41,993 nt of DNA from a virus (lineage: Duplodnaviria; Caudoviricetes). A program made the position numbers and the translations under genes. Below are positions 26,737-34,817 of this stretch, piece by piece (the stretch's first letter is position 1; each line of letters begins with the position of its first letter). Location of the stretch: the IMG/VR virus record IMGVR_UViG_3300044728_000134, positions 1 through 41,993 of that record, one strand, 5' to 3'. Below the pieces are notes generated by a model, which was not told the DNA's origin, did no database searches, and saw nothing but the letters and a program-made list of their open reading frames with translations.

Positions 26737-27039
26737 TCACGTGAACAACCCCCGCGCAGCGCGGCGAGCAGCCCGCATCCCCGCAACGGCCGCCTGCGTG
26801 TCGTCGCCCGCGATCACGTGCTCGTCCAGCACGCGCCAGCCCTCGGACGGCACCGTCATCACCTGCAGGCGCGCCGTCGTCAGGCGCAGCCAACGGTCGT
26901 AGTAGACGTGCAGCATGTAGCGCGGGTTCTTCAGCCGCAGGATGTCCGCGCTCTGGTCGTTCGCCGGCTCGTGGTCCAGCTCGCCCCACGCGTTGCTTCC
27001 CTCGTCCCAACTCGGGTTCCAGCTCTGTGTAAGCGCCAT
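26737..27039 (-). CDS. Hypothetical protein, first gene of the leftward early operon
   Basis: AAGGAGGG RBS before ATG 27039; downstream of the PL-like promoter. Confidence 0.55.
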   Translation of the reverse strand: MALTQSWNPSWDEGSNAWGELDHEPANDQSADILRLKNPRYMLHVYYDRWLRLTTARLQVMTVPSEGWRVLDEHVIAGDDTQAAVAGMRAARRAARGLFT

Positions 27040-27070
27040 CTCGTCGCCCTCCTTGAACCTTACGAGCTCA

Positions 27071-27106
27071 ATCATAGGGCTGTACGACTAGGAGTCAAGC
27101 CCTAAT
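27071..27106 (-). promoter_or_regulatory. PL-like promoter with repressor operator
   Basis: Minus strand TTGACT-N16-TATGAT; overlapped by ACTAGGAG-TCAA-GCCCTAAT, an imperfect copy of the 28332 operator. Confidence 0.7.
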
Positions 27107-27278
27107 GGTACACTACTACAAAAATCGCGCGGCGACGCCTAGGCCCACGCGCCGAGGGCGGATCGCTTGGGCGGCTGGTGCTACGATGGTGGTTGCGGCT
27201 AGTCCCGCTGGGTGTGGTGAACGTGTCGCTGCAGAAACGACAGCGACAAGTTTGCAGCTTTCGTACACATTCCGACCA

Positions 27279-27725
27279 ATGCGCCTAGAACAGCTCGAGG
27301 TGTTGGCGGCTGAAATAATGGCGGAAGCGGGGCTAAAGCCGCCTGTTTCCGCCTTCTTACTGGCCGATGCACTTGGCCTAGACTTGACGCCTGTGGGCGG
27401 CTTCGAAGAGGGGGTTTACGGACGGGAAATCCGCTTCAACGCGAGGCGACCACATCGCGAGCAGCAAGAGTCGGTGATGCGCTTCGTCGCCAGGTACGTG
27501 CTCGAGCGCAATGGCTTCTACGCGACCGACCACTCGGTCGCGCGGCTATCACGCGCTCTGATGCTGCCGCTCGAGCCGTTCGTGGCTGACGCCAGACGAG
27601 GCCGCACCTTCGAGTGGCTGCTCGCGCGCTATCCGCACGCGAGCGAGGCACAGGTGGGCGCGCGCATGGGCGAGCTCGCAGGGCAGCAGCGCCGCGCGCG
27701 CGCTCCTCACGCGCTCACACGGTAG
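27279..27725 (+). CDS. ImmA/IrrE-like (peptidase M78 fold) protein lacking HExxH
   Basis: 'PPV....LADALG...I.FN...P..EQ..SV.....YVL...S.ALMLP' matches the ImmA layout, but RFVAR replaces HELGH; converges on the repressor gene. Confidence 0.55.
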   Translation: MRLEQLEVLAAEIMAEAGLKPPVSAFLLADALGLDLTPVGGFEEGVYGREIRFNARRPHREQQESVMRFVARYVLERNGFYATDHSVARLSRALMLPLEPFVADARRGRTFEWLLARYPHASEAQVGARMGELAGQQRRARAPHALTR

Positions 27726-28281
27726 CGGGCCTGCGTCCTGGGGTCTTCGCGGGCAGCTGCTTCGTCGGGGCGTTGGGCGACCTTGGGGGGCCGCCACGTG
27801 CCCGCCTGACAGCGTTCCGGAAGGCCTGAACGGCGTCCTCGGTCCGGTCGCGCTCGGCGCGGTGCGCCAGCAGGTGGATCTCAAGGTCGTCGAGCTCGGG
27901 CGAGTTGCCGTCGTCGAGATGCCTCGACAGGTGGGTCATCTCGTCGTCCGTGATCGGGTTGCAGCGGCCGTCGTTCAGCAGCATGGCCAGCGCCATCGGC
28001 ACGCCCCGAGTCCCCTTGGACACGGGGCGCAGCCCCGGCTTCGGGCCTGGGCGACCGGAGCCCAGGTCAGGGCTGTCGCCCGCCAGAAAATCCGCGGTGG
28101 TCTCGAGCGCCTGGGCGTAGGCAAACAGCGTCTGCGCACTGACACCCATGTCGCCGCGCTCGTGCTTGCTGACCGTGTCAGCACCCACCCCCACCAGCGA
28201 AGCCAGCTGGGGCTGGGTCAGCTTGCGTTTCTTCCTGAGGTCCCTGATTCGGGGTCCGATGCCTTGCACAGGGACTTCCAT
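27715..28281 (-). CDS. CI/ImmR-like XRE repressor
   Basis: 'IGPRIRDLRKKRKLTQPQLASLVGVGADTVSKHERG' HTH; GGAGG RBS before ATG 28281 (ATG 28320 is an alternative start); no S24 peptidase domain visible. Confidence 0.8.
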   Translation of the reverse strand: MEVPVQGIGPRIRDLRKKRKLTQPQLASLVGVGADTVSKHERGDMGVSAQTLFAYAQALETTADFLAGDSPDLGSGRPGPKPGLRPVSKGTRGVPMALAMLLNDGRCNPITDDEMTHLSRHLDDGNSPELDDLEIHLLAHRAERDRTEDAVQAFRNAVRRARGGPPRSPNAPTKQLPAKTPGRRPATV

Positions 28282-28325
28282 ACCGACTTCCTCCACAAAA
28301 ATGTATCGCCGTTCAGTCATGAGGC

Positions 28326-28353
28326 TTGACAACTAGGAGTACGCTCCTAGTAT
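28326..28353 (+). promoter_or_regulatory. PR-like promoter with perfect palindromic operator
   Basis: TTGACA-N16-TAGTAT with ACTAGGAG-TACG-CTCCTAGT (28332-28351) filling the spacer; ATG of the cro-like gene 7 nt after the -10 box (probably leaderless). Confidence 0.8.
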
Positions 28354-28360
28354 TGCAGGC

Positions 28361-28564
28361 ATGAGATTCGGTAAACGCATCCGGGCGGAGCGAGAGCGGC
28401 TCAAGCTCACGCAGGTCGCGCTGGCAGTACGCATCGGCGTAGGCAGTGACATCGTGTCGAAGTACGAGCGGGACAAGCTGATCCCGTCGGTGCCGACTCT
28501 GCAGGCTCTTGCGCGTGTGTTCGGCGTCTCGATGGACGAGTTGTGCGAGGAGAACGCCGCGTGA
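28361..28564 (+). CDS. Cro-like XRE regulator
   Basis: 67-aa HTH_3 protein divergent from the repressor. Confidence 0.85.
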   Translation: MRFGKRIRAERERLKLTQVALAVRIGVGSDIVSKYERDKLIPSVPTLQALARVFGVSMDELCEENAA

Positions 28565-28762
28565 AGCTTCACGCGCCCATTCGTATACACGTTCTAGCCA
28601 ACTTCAATAGGTCTGTGAGCTTTTGTGCGCCTGTTAGTTTGTTAGCTGCCGCACACGTGATCCGGAGCGACGTCGCGAGGTCTTGGTTTTGGGCATGGGC
28701 CAAGGCTTCGCCGCGTCACTCGGGCGCACGTGGACGCATACAGCTTCTGCTTCGCGGCGCTC

Positions 28763-28811
28763 GAGGCTGATCGCCGACCGCTGACCCCCCTTGGTGGTCG
28801 GCGATCGCCTC
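28763..28811 (+). terminator. tR1-like hairpin after cro
   Basis: GAGGC-T-GATCGCCGACCGC / GTGGTCGGCGATC-GCCTC stem followed by cctttct. Confidence 0.5.
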
Positions 28812-28835
28812 CCTTTCTCCAACGTGAGGTGACCG

Positions 28836-29045
28836 ATGCGTACGCGTACCGACTCCCAGCGCATCGCCGATCTCGAGGAGATGGTCTGCGTTCTCGCCGA
28901 CGAGCGGCGCGCGCTCGCGCAGCAGGTGCACGCGCTGGAGCTGATCGTCGCGCGACAGGAAGCGGCCAAGCGCGCACGCAAGCGTGGCAGCCAACGGCGG
29001 CGGCCTGGTTACGACCCGCAGGGCTTGGACATTCACACGCAGTGA
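28836..29045 (+). CDS. Small coiled-coil protein
   Basis: GAGGT RBS; 69 aa. Confidence 0.55.
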   Translation: MRTRTDSQRIADLEEMVCVLADERRALAQQVHALELIVARQEAAKRARKRGSQRRRPGYDPQGLDIHTQ

Positions 29046-29054
29046 GGGCTTTGC

Positions 29055-29972
29055 ATGGTCTGGTTCAAGGTCGACGACAAGTTCCACTCGCACGCCAAGG
29101 TGTTGCAGTGCTCCAACGCTGCGATCGGCGTGTGGACGAAACTGGGTAGTTGGTGCGCCGAACAGCTCAACGGCGGACGGGTCACCAGCACGGCCTTGAA
29201 GCACTTTCGGGTACGAAAAGATCTCATTACGGAGCTAGTTGCTGCTGGGTTGTGGCTCGAATGCTGCGACGGCGCCGACGTAGAGTACGTGTTCCACGAT
29301 TGGGACGACCATCAGCCTGCGAAGGATCAGGTTTTAGCCCGTAGAAAGGCCACTAAGGAGCGGGTCGCGCGGCACCGTAACGCCGTTACAACAATCGCGA
29401 GTGACGATGCCGGTAACGCCGTTACTAACGGTGTTGGTAACGCTGCTCCCGTCCCGTCCCGTCCCGTTAAGAGATCAATCCCTTCTCTAGCTGCAGACGC
29501 CTATGAATCCGGCGGCGGCGGCAGCTCGAGTGTTCGAAGTGTGGACAGCCTGAGCGCGGCTGGCCGGATGTGGGTCGCCGGCGTGATGGGGCGGGACGAC
29601 TACGACCACCGCGGCAAGTGGGGTCATCCGCTCGCTGTGATCGCTCAGAAGCCCGACGTCGAGAAGCGAGCCGTGGCGGCAGCGCTCGGCAAAGAGCTCG
29701 GCAAGAACGGCGTGCGCCGCAAGCTGACTCCGCAGCACATCTTGGACTACTGGGCCGCGTACGTGGACGGGCAGCCGCCTGGAGCTCGCAGCGCTGACGC
29801 AGCGCCGCAGCTGGGAGCGGCAGAGATTGCGCAGGCGAAAGAAGAGTTCGCGCTGTGCGAGCAGCGCTACCGCGCGGCGGACCCAGCGAGCAAAGCAGCG
29901 GCACGCGAGAAGTGGGCTGAGAGCGACAGGAAACTCAAGGAGCTGAAAGCGAGGCACGCATGGACGGGTTAG
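29055..29972 (+). CDS. Phage replication initiator / replisome organiser
   Basis: 'MVWFKVDDKFHSHAKV...LVAAGLW...FHDWDDHQP...ERVARHR' N-terminal family motif; internal iteron-like repeats. Confidence 0.7.
   Translation: MVWFKVDDKFHSHAKVLQCSNAAIGVWTKLGSWCAEQLNGGRVTSTALKHFRVRKDLITELVAAGLWLECCDGADVEYVFHDWDDHQPAKDQVLARRKATKERVARHRNAVTTIASDDAGNAVTNGVGNAAPVPSRPVKRSIPSLAADAYESGGGGSSSVRSVDSLSAAGRMWVAGVMGRDDYDHRGKWGHPLAVIAQKPDVEKRAVAAALGKELGKNGVRRKLTPQHILDYWAAYVDGQPPGARSADAAPQLGAAEIAQAKEEFALCEQRYRAADPASKAAAREKWAESDRKLKELKARHAWTG
29377..29467. repeat. Iteron-like palindromic repeats, candidate origin
   Basis: GTAACGCCGTTAC at 29377 and 29413, partial copies at 29426 and 29437, then (CCCGT)x4. Confidence 0.5.
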
Positions 29973-30376
29973 CGCCAAAGACTCTGATCGAGATGCTTCG
30001 AAGCTACGACCTCGAGGCGATCGCAATGGACACGTTGCATCGCGTCGACGAGCTGCGGCCGTACGACGTTCCACTGGTCGTGCCGCCGTCGGAACAGCTT
30101 CACAAAGTGTTGAGCCTGCGCACGCCCATCAGCGTGCCGGATGAGCTCAAGTTCGAGTTCGAGTCTCGCCACGAGCAGGTCATGGCTCGAGCAAACGCGA
30201 AGGCGGAGAACTTGCGCATGCTGCGCGCGACGCTCTGGGCTGAGGTGTACCTGCGCCAGAAGGGCCGTGAAGAGCACGAGGTGTTGCGCGCGTTCAATCG
30301 CGACATCTGGGGCGTGAGCGAGCCGGCCAGCGTCGAGATCGATTTGCGCGAAGCGCAGGTCAAGGCACATGCATGA
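29960..30376 (+). CDS. Hypothetical protein
   Basis: GAGG RBS; overlaps the end of the initiator gene. Confidence 0.55.
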   Translation: MDGLAPKTLIEMLRSYDLEAIAMDTLHRVDELRPYDVPLVVPPSEQLHKVLSLRTPISVPDELKFEFESRHEQVMARANAKAENLRMLRATLWAEVYLRQKGREEHEVLRAFNRDIWGVSEPASVEIDLREAQVKAHA

Positions 30377-30957
30377 GCTCGACGGTCGCAGCGCTGTACA
30401 TCGATCCGCGCGGACCATACCCGCGCATGGATGGCGTCGACTGCTGGGACGAGCAGCGCGATGCCCGAGCGTACGAAGGCCCGCATCCGGTGGTCGCGCA
30501 TCCGCCGTGTGGTCCTTGGGGCCGGCTACGGCACATGTCGCATGGAGGCGCGAAGGACTGTGCGCCGCTGGCTGTCGAGCAAGTGCGGAAGTTCGGCGGA
30601 GTACTCGAGCACCCCGCCGGCTCTCTGCTGTGGCCAGAGTGCGGGCTGCCGCTGCCTGGCGAACTGCCAGACGCGCACGGCGGCGTGACGATCGAAGTCG
30701 AACAGGTGCGCTGGGGCCACGTCGCGCGCAAGAAGACCTGGCTGTACCTCGTGGGCGTGCGCGACGCCGGCCGCAACCCGCCGCCGCGAAACCCGACGCA
30801 TTGGATTGCTGGCGCGCGGCGACGAACGAAGCGGGGCGGCGGCGTTTGCCCACCAGGCATCAAGTTTTGCAGCGCAGAGCAGCGCCGGCGCACGCCGCCT
30901 GCGTTCGCCGAGTGGCTTGTCGCCTTGGCGCGGACGGCGAGGGCGCCACATGCGTGA
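30373..30957 (+). CDS. Short phage C5-cytosine methyltransferase-like protein
   Basis: 'VAALY...RDAR.Y.GP.PVVAHPPC..WG.L' (PC motif IV), 'GGVLEHP', 'GH.ARK.TWLY', 'RTP..FAEWL'. Confidence 0.7.
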   Translation: MSSTVAALYIDPRGPYPRMDGVDCWDEQRDARAYEGPHPVVAHPPCGPWGRLRHMSHGGAKDCAPLAVEQVRKFGGVLEHPAGSLLWPECGLPLPGELPDAHGGVTIEVEQVRWGHVARKKTWLYLVGVRDAGRNPPPRNPTHWIAGARRRTKRGGGVCPPGIKFCSAEQRRRTPPAFAEWLVALARTARAPHA

Positions 30958-31138
30958 GCACAGCTCGTTCCTGCTGCCGCCGAACGCGCGGCGCGGAGCT
31001 CGCGAGTGCAGGCTCGAGCAGTGTCAGAAGTGCGGCCACGAATGCCCGCACGAGTTTGTGTGCTTGGGCGGTCGTACCTGGGGATTCACGTGCACGAACT
31101 GCCGCCGTGAGCGGCGAGAGAGGGAGAGGGGTGAGTGA
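30950..31138 (+). CDS. Zn-ribbon small protein
   Basis: CQKC...CTNC. Confidence 0.45.
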   Translation: MREHSSFLLPPNARRGARECRLEQCQKCGHECPHEFVCLGGRTWGFTCTNCRRERRERERGE

Positions 31139-31602
31139 TGCCAAGGGTAGCTGCAGCCAAGTCTGAGAAGTTCATGCCCGAGCTGGTCTCGTGGAGCCCG
31201 AACACTGCGACGGTGATCGTGCCGCTGCGCACGCTGAACGAGCTCAACGACCACACGCATTGGCGCAAGCGGCACAAGCGCTCGTGCGAGCAGCGGCTGA
31301 CCGTGTGCGCGTACCTGAACCAACTCGGCCAGGACTTCCGCCGCGATCTCGTCACGTACGTCGACTTCGTGCGCGTCGCGCCAGGCCAGGGCCTCGATCC
31401 GGGAGACAACCTGAACAGCTCGATGAAATACGTTCGGGACCAGATCGCGGCGTACCTCGCAGGCAACAACACGCCAGAGGGCAAGGGCGATGACGGCCCG
31501 AAGTGCGGCGTGCGCTGGAGCTACCAGCAGCGCCGAGCCACGCAGTGGGGCGTCGAGATCCGCATGAGCTCGTTCCCGTTCCGACTGGAGCTCGCGCTAT
31601 GA
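31138..31602 (+). CDS. RusA-like Holliday junction resolvase
   Basis: 'LN...HW..R.K', 'LDPGDNL..SMKYVRDQIA', 'DDGP'. Confidence 0.65.
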   Translation: MPRVAAAKSEKFMPELVSWSPNTATVIVPLRTLNELNDHTHWRKRHKRSCEQRLTVCAYLNQLGQDFRRDLVTYVDFVRVAPGQGLDPGDNLNSSMKYVRDQIAAYLAGNNTPEGKGDDGPKCGVRWSYQQRRATQWGVEIRMSSFPFRLELAL

Positions 31603-32228
31603 ACAAGCAAGCCGAACTCATCGAGGGTAGCGCGCGCGACCACGGCAAGAGCCAGTTCTTCACGCCGCCGAAGCTGGCGCAGAAGCTGGTTGAGTGGGCT
31701 GGCGTGTCGCCGTTCATGAAAGGCCCGCGGATTACGCGCGTGCTCGAACCCAGCGCAGGCAATGGGGCAATCGTTCGGCCGCTCGTGGCTGCGGGCGCAG
31801 AGGTGTTCATTGTCGAGATCGACCAGCGCTATGTGACCGACCTCATTGGCGCGGGTGCGACCGGCTACACAACTGGGCGCGACTTCCTGACTGTTGAGCC
31901 AGACGAGTATCGGCCGGTGGGGCATTTCGACTTGGTGGTCGGCAACTTCCCATTTCACGCTGACCTGCGTGGCGAGTTCACGCTGCACGCGCTGAAGTTC
32001 GCGCCGCGCATCGTGGCCATCTATCCGAGCAACGTGTTCTACAGCGAGCGACGCATCGCGATGTGGGGCGCAGTGCGGCCGACCAGAATCGCGCACATCT
32101 CGCGACGACCATGGCCCGGAGCGACTGACTACGTGGCTCTCGAGCTCGTGAAGCGCGACCGATTCATTGGCGACGCTTCGATCGTGGAGAGCTGCCTCAC
32201 CGAGTGGTGGACGGAGGATTGGGCGTGA
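31599..32228 (+). CDS. N6-adenine DNA methyltransferase-like protein
   Basis: 'QFFTP', SAM-binding motif 'RVLEPSAGNG', 'DFL', motif IV reads NFPF. Confidence 0.75.
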   Translation: MNKQAELIEGSARDHGKSQFFTPPKLAQKLVEWAGVSPFMKGPRITRVLEPSAGNGAIVRPLVAAGAEVFIVEIDQRYVTDLIGAGATGYTTGRDFLTVEPDEYRPVGHFDLVVGNFPFHADLRGEFTLHALKFAPRIVAIYPSNVFYSERRIAMWGAVRPTRIAHISRRPWPGATDYVALELVKRDRFIGDASIVESCLTEWWTEDWA

Positions 32229-32419
32229 CCACTGGACCCAAGGCGTATTGCAGCATCTGCGGCACAGAGCACCGCCGTAAGCATCTGTGGTGCAAGCTGT
32301 GCTTCAACGAGTGGGTGCTGGGCGGCCGCCCGCATCGCAGCGGTGGCATCGGCACGCCACCGCCACCACCGCCCGGCTTCGACCCGCGTGACCTGGCTAT
32401 CGGCAAGCCCCTCCTGTGA
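32225..32419 (+). CDS. Zn-finger small protein
   Basis: CSIC...CKLC; GGAGG RBS; GTGA overlap. Confidence 0.5.
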   Translation: MTTGPKAYCSICGTEHRRKHLWCKLCFNEWVLGGRPHRSGGIGTPPPPPPGFDPRDLAIGKPLL

Positions 32420-32524
32420 GCCGCTCCCAGCTCTGATAGGCTCAGGCGGCGGGCGGGGAGGGGGCACTCACTACGTAGACGTTCAGCATTCACGCACGCG
32501 GGGGTAGTTGGATAGCCTCTTGCG

Positions 32525-32764
32525 ATGCGCTCCAGCCTCGCAGCGGCCTTCCTCGCAGCAACCCTGCTCACGGCCCCGGCCTGCGAGTCCGAGCCGCCGT
32601 ACCAGTCGCAGCGCTGCCGAGAGCTACGTTCCAAGGTCCGCATGATCGACGCGCTGCGGGCGATGCGCATGACCGACGCGTTCAAAGAGTCCCAGGCTGA
32701 GGTAGACGCTGTGGTGCGAGGCTGGCGTGAAGAGCAGCCTGAGTGCTTCGACCCGAGCCTGTAG
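32525..32764 (+). CDS. Small putative lipoprotein / secreted protein
   Basis: Signal-like 'MRSSLAAAFLAATLLTAPAC'. Confidence 0.5.
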   Translation: MRSSLAAAFLAATLLTAPACESEPPYQSQRCRELRSKVRMIDALRAMRMTDAFKESQAEVDAVVRGWREEQPECFDPSL

Positions 32765-32780
32765 CGAAATCCCAGCTGCA

Positions 32781-32825
32781 TACGACTAGGAGTCATTGAC
32801 TGCCGGGGGGGTGACCCTGCAGGAT
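32781..32825 (+). promoter_or_regulatory. Candidate late/middle promoter with repressor half-site
   Basis: TACGACTAGGAGTCA identical to 27083-27097; TTGACT-N18-CAGGAT with a G7 run in the spacer. Confidence 0.45.
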
Positions 32826-32847
32826 GGCCCCAGAAGCGCGCTGATCC

Positions 32848-32863
32848 TGTTCCACGTGAAACA
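32848..32863. promoter_or_regulatory. parS centromere-like site (host ParB-binding consensus)
   Basis: TGTTCCACGTGAAACA is an exact match to the chromosomal parS consensus TGTTNCACGTGAAACA; intergenic. Confidence 0.7.
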
Positions 32864-32889
32864 GCTCATGCGCCTGGGAGCGCACGACT

Positions 32890-33144
32890 GTGGCCAAGAC
32901 GGCACTGACGACCACCGAGCAGCTCATCGTCGACAGCTTCATCGCGGTCCGCTCGGCGGACGTGCTGGGGCAAGACGACGTCGAGATGATCTTTCGCCCC
33001 ACCATCCGCATGCGTGAGGCGCTCAACGACCTACCGCCGACCGATCTGCAGACGAAGAAGCTGCTCAAGAACACGGCGGACTACCTCAAGCTGATCGCGA
33101 ACTACCTGGACGCGAAGGCCGCCGCCATCGTGGTCGTGCCGTGA
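32890..33144 (+). CDS. Hypothetical protein
   Basis: GTG start with GGGAG RBS; strong codon bias. Confidence 0.6.
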   Translation: MAKTALTTTEQLIVDSFIAVRSADVLGQDDVEMIFRPTIRMREALNDLPPTDLQTKKLLKNTADYLKLIANYLDAKAAAIVVVP

Positions 33145-33365
33145 TGGAGCTCCTCCTCGGCTTCGGGTTGGCTTGCGGCGTCACGTGGCTGTTTAGCCGT
33201 GTGCTGTCCGACAGCCGGCCGAGTGATCGCGGCACGTACGTCGACAACGGCAGCGATGCGTACTCGCGCCAGTGCGAACACGACGCTGACACAGCGGCGT
33301 ATGTCGCGTGGGACAACGCTGGCCGCGCAGCCGCCAAGGCCGCACGCAACAGGGGCATGAACTGA
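33144..33365 (+). CDS. Small protein with N-terminal TM segment
   Basis: 'LLLGFGLACGVTWLF'; coupled overlap. Confidence 0.45.
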   Translation: MELLLGFGLACGVTWLFSRVLSDSRPSDRGTYVDNGSDAYSRQCEHDADTAAYVAWDNAGRAAAKAARNRGMN

Positions 33366-33565
33366 TGAGCGATACGCCCATTCGCGAGTGGACGTTCGGC
33401 ACGGTCGTCGGGTCTGTGACCGTCAAACTCGTGGAGCAGGCGATCGAGCACGGCCCGTACGCAGTGCATGAGGCGCTGTGCCGGGCGGCCGCGATGGTGA
33501 AGGCGCAAGCGACGCTGCCGTACCACGCCGCGAAGATCGTCACACCCGAGGAGCCGCCAGCATGA
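33365..33565 (+). CDS. Hypothetical protein
   Basis: TGATG coupling. Confidence 0.45.
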   Translation: MSDTPIREWTFGTVVGSVTVKLVEQAIEHGPYAVHEALCRAAAMVKAQATLPYHAAKIVTPEEPPA

Positions 33566-34065
33566 CCGCGTGGGACCAAGCTCGAGCCGCGCAGCACCGG
33601 CCGTTGCGCAAGCCGTACAAGCCTGTCGCGCCGGTGGGGCCAGTCTTCGACAGCAGCATCCTCATCCCCGATCGCGCAGCGCCATGCGGACACCTGCGGT
33701 GCTTGAGCCGCTGCGCGAAGCTGCCGCCGCTCGAGTACCTGCGGCCCCCGTACGGCCACACGCTCGAGGGCCACGAGATTCGGCATCACAAGTACATCAA
33801 GCCTGGTAGCGACACGGCGTACTTCGAGCGGCTGGAGAGCTGCGCTGGCTACGTGATGCACGTCGGACTGCTGACGCAGGGGCAGCTAGACGTTGCGCGC
33901 ACAATCAAGGTGCCTGAGGGCATGGCGCTCGTTGAGCGCGAGCAGCTGCCGATGCGCCCGAGCGGCCTCAACAGCGTGACGACTGCGCTTGCTGCTGGCC
34001 AGGCGAGCGGCAAGGCGAGCGATTGGCTCACGCCCGAGCAACGCGCGCGACTGGGGATGGAATGA
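33562..34065 (+). CDS. Hypothetical protein
   Basis: GAGGAG RBS; ATGA coupling. Confidence 0.55.
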   Translation: MTAWDQARAAQHRPLRKPYKPVAPVGPVFDSSILIPDRAAPCGHLRCLSRCAKLPPLEYLRPPYGHTLEGHEIRHHKYIKPGSDTAYFERLESCAGYVMHVGLLTQGQLDVARTIKVPEGMALVEREQLPMRPSGLNSVTTALAAGQASGKASDWLTPEQRARLGME

Positions 34066-34817
34066 CCCGCGCGTACGGCTGGAAGCCCGACCTGCCCGAC
34101 AAGCGCGACCGCTACCACGTGGCGCGCGTGCCAGCGATCGAAGCGTTGCCGCCACGTGTCGACCACTCGATGGTTATGCCGGACTGCTGGGACCAAGGCC
34201 CGCTCGGGGCTTGCACCGCGTTCGCGATCGGTGGCGCTGTGGTCTACGAGCTCGGGCAGCCATCTGCGGTCTGGTCACCCAGCTTCCTCCAGCCCTACTA
34301 CGCCGCCCGCGAGATGGAGGGCACGGTCCCGATCGACGCGGGCGCGTACATCCGCGACATCTGCAAGGTGGCCGCGCAACAGGGCATCGCGCCTGCGGTG
34401 CAGTGGCCGTACCACATCGACCGCTTCGCTGTGAAGCCAAGCAAGCTCGCTCGCAAAGCTGCGCTCGACTGCAGGGTCTCGAGCTACGCACGCGTGCACC
34501 AGAACGAGCTGCAGCTGAAGGCTGCGCTTGCCGGCGGTGACACCGTGGTCTTCGGCGCGAGCGTCTACGAGAGCTTCGAGAACGCGCCGTTCGGCGACGT
34601 CGACTTGCCGCGTCCGAGCGACGACCTGCTCGGCGGACACGCGATGCTGCTCGTGGGCTACGACGACTCAGAGCGCCGCTTCAAGTTCCGCAACAGCTGG
34701 GGCACGGGCTGGGGCCGCAACGGCTACGGCACGATTCCGTACGTGTACCTCTGCGACCACGACCTGGCCGCGGACTTCTGGGTCATCAAAACCGTCACCG
34801 AGGACACGACACCATGA
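34062..34817 (+). CDS. Papain-family (C1) cysteine peptidase, xylellain-like
   Basis: 'YGWKPDLPD.RD', 'DQGPLGACTAFA' (Gln and Cys), 'GGHAMLLVGYD' (His), 'RNSWG.GWG.NGYG' (Asn). Confidence 0.9.
   Translation: MTRAYGWKPDLPDKRDRYHVARVPAIEALPPRVDHSMVMPDCWDQGPLGACTAFAIGGAVVYELGQPSAVWSPSFLQPYYAAREMEGTVPIDAGAYIRDICKVAAQQGIAPAVQWPYHIDRFAVKPSKLARKAALDCRVSSYARVHQNELQLKAALAGGDTVVFGASVYESFENAPFGDVDLPRPSDDLLGGHAMLLVGYDDSERRFKFRNSWGTGWGRNGYGTIPYVYLCDHDLAADFWVIKTVTEDTTP

Noticed and set aside
26733-26748. Second parS-like site (TCACGTGAA core), plus a half-site TGTTTCACG at about 6602
   Set aside because: Only about 10 of 16 bases match or only a half-site, and both overlap coding sequence
28543-28770. 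ORF downstream of cro as a CII-like gene
   Set aside because: Atypical codon usage and no recognisable motif; more likely non-coding leader, though not excluded
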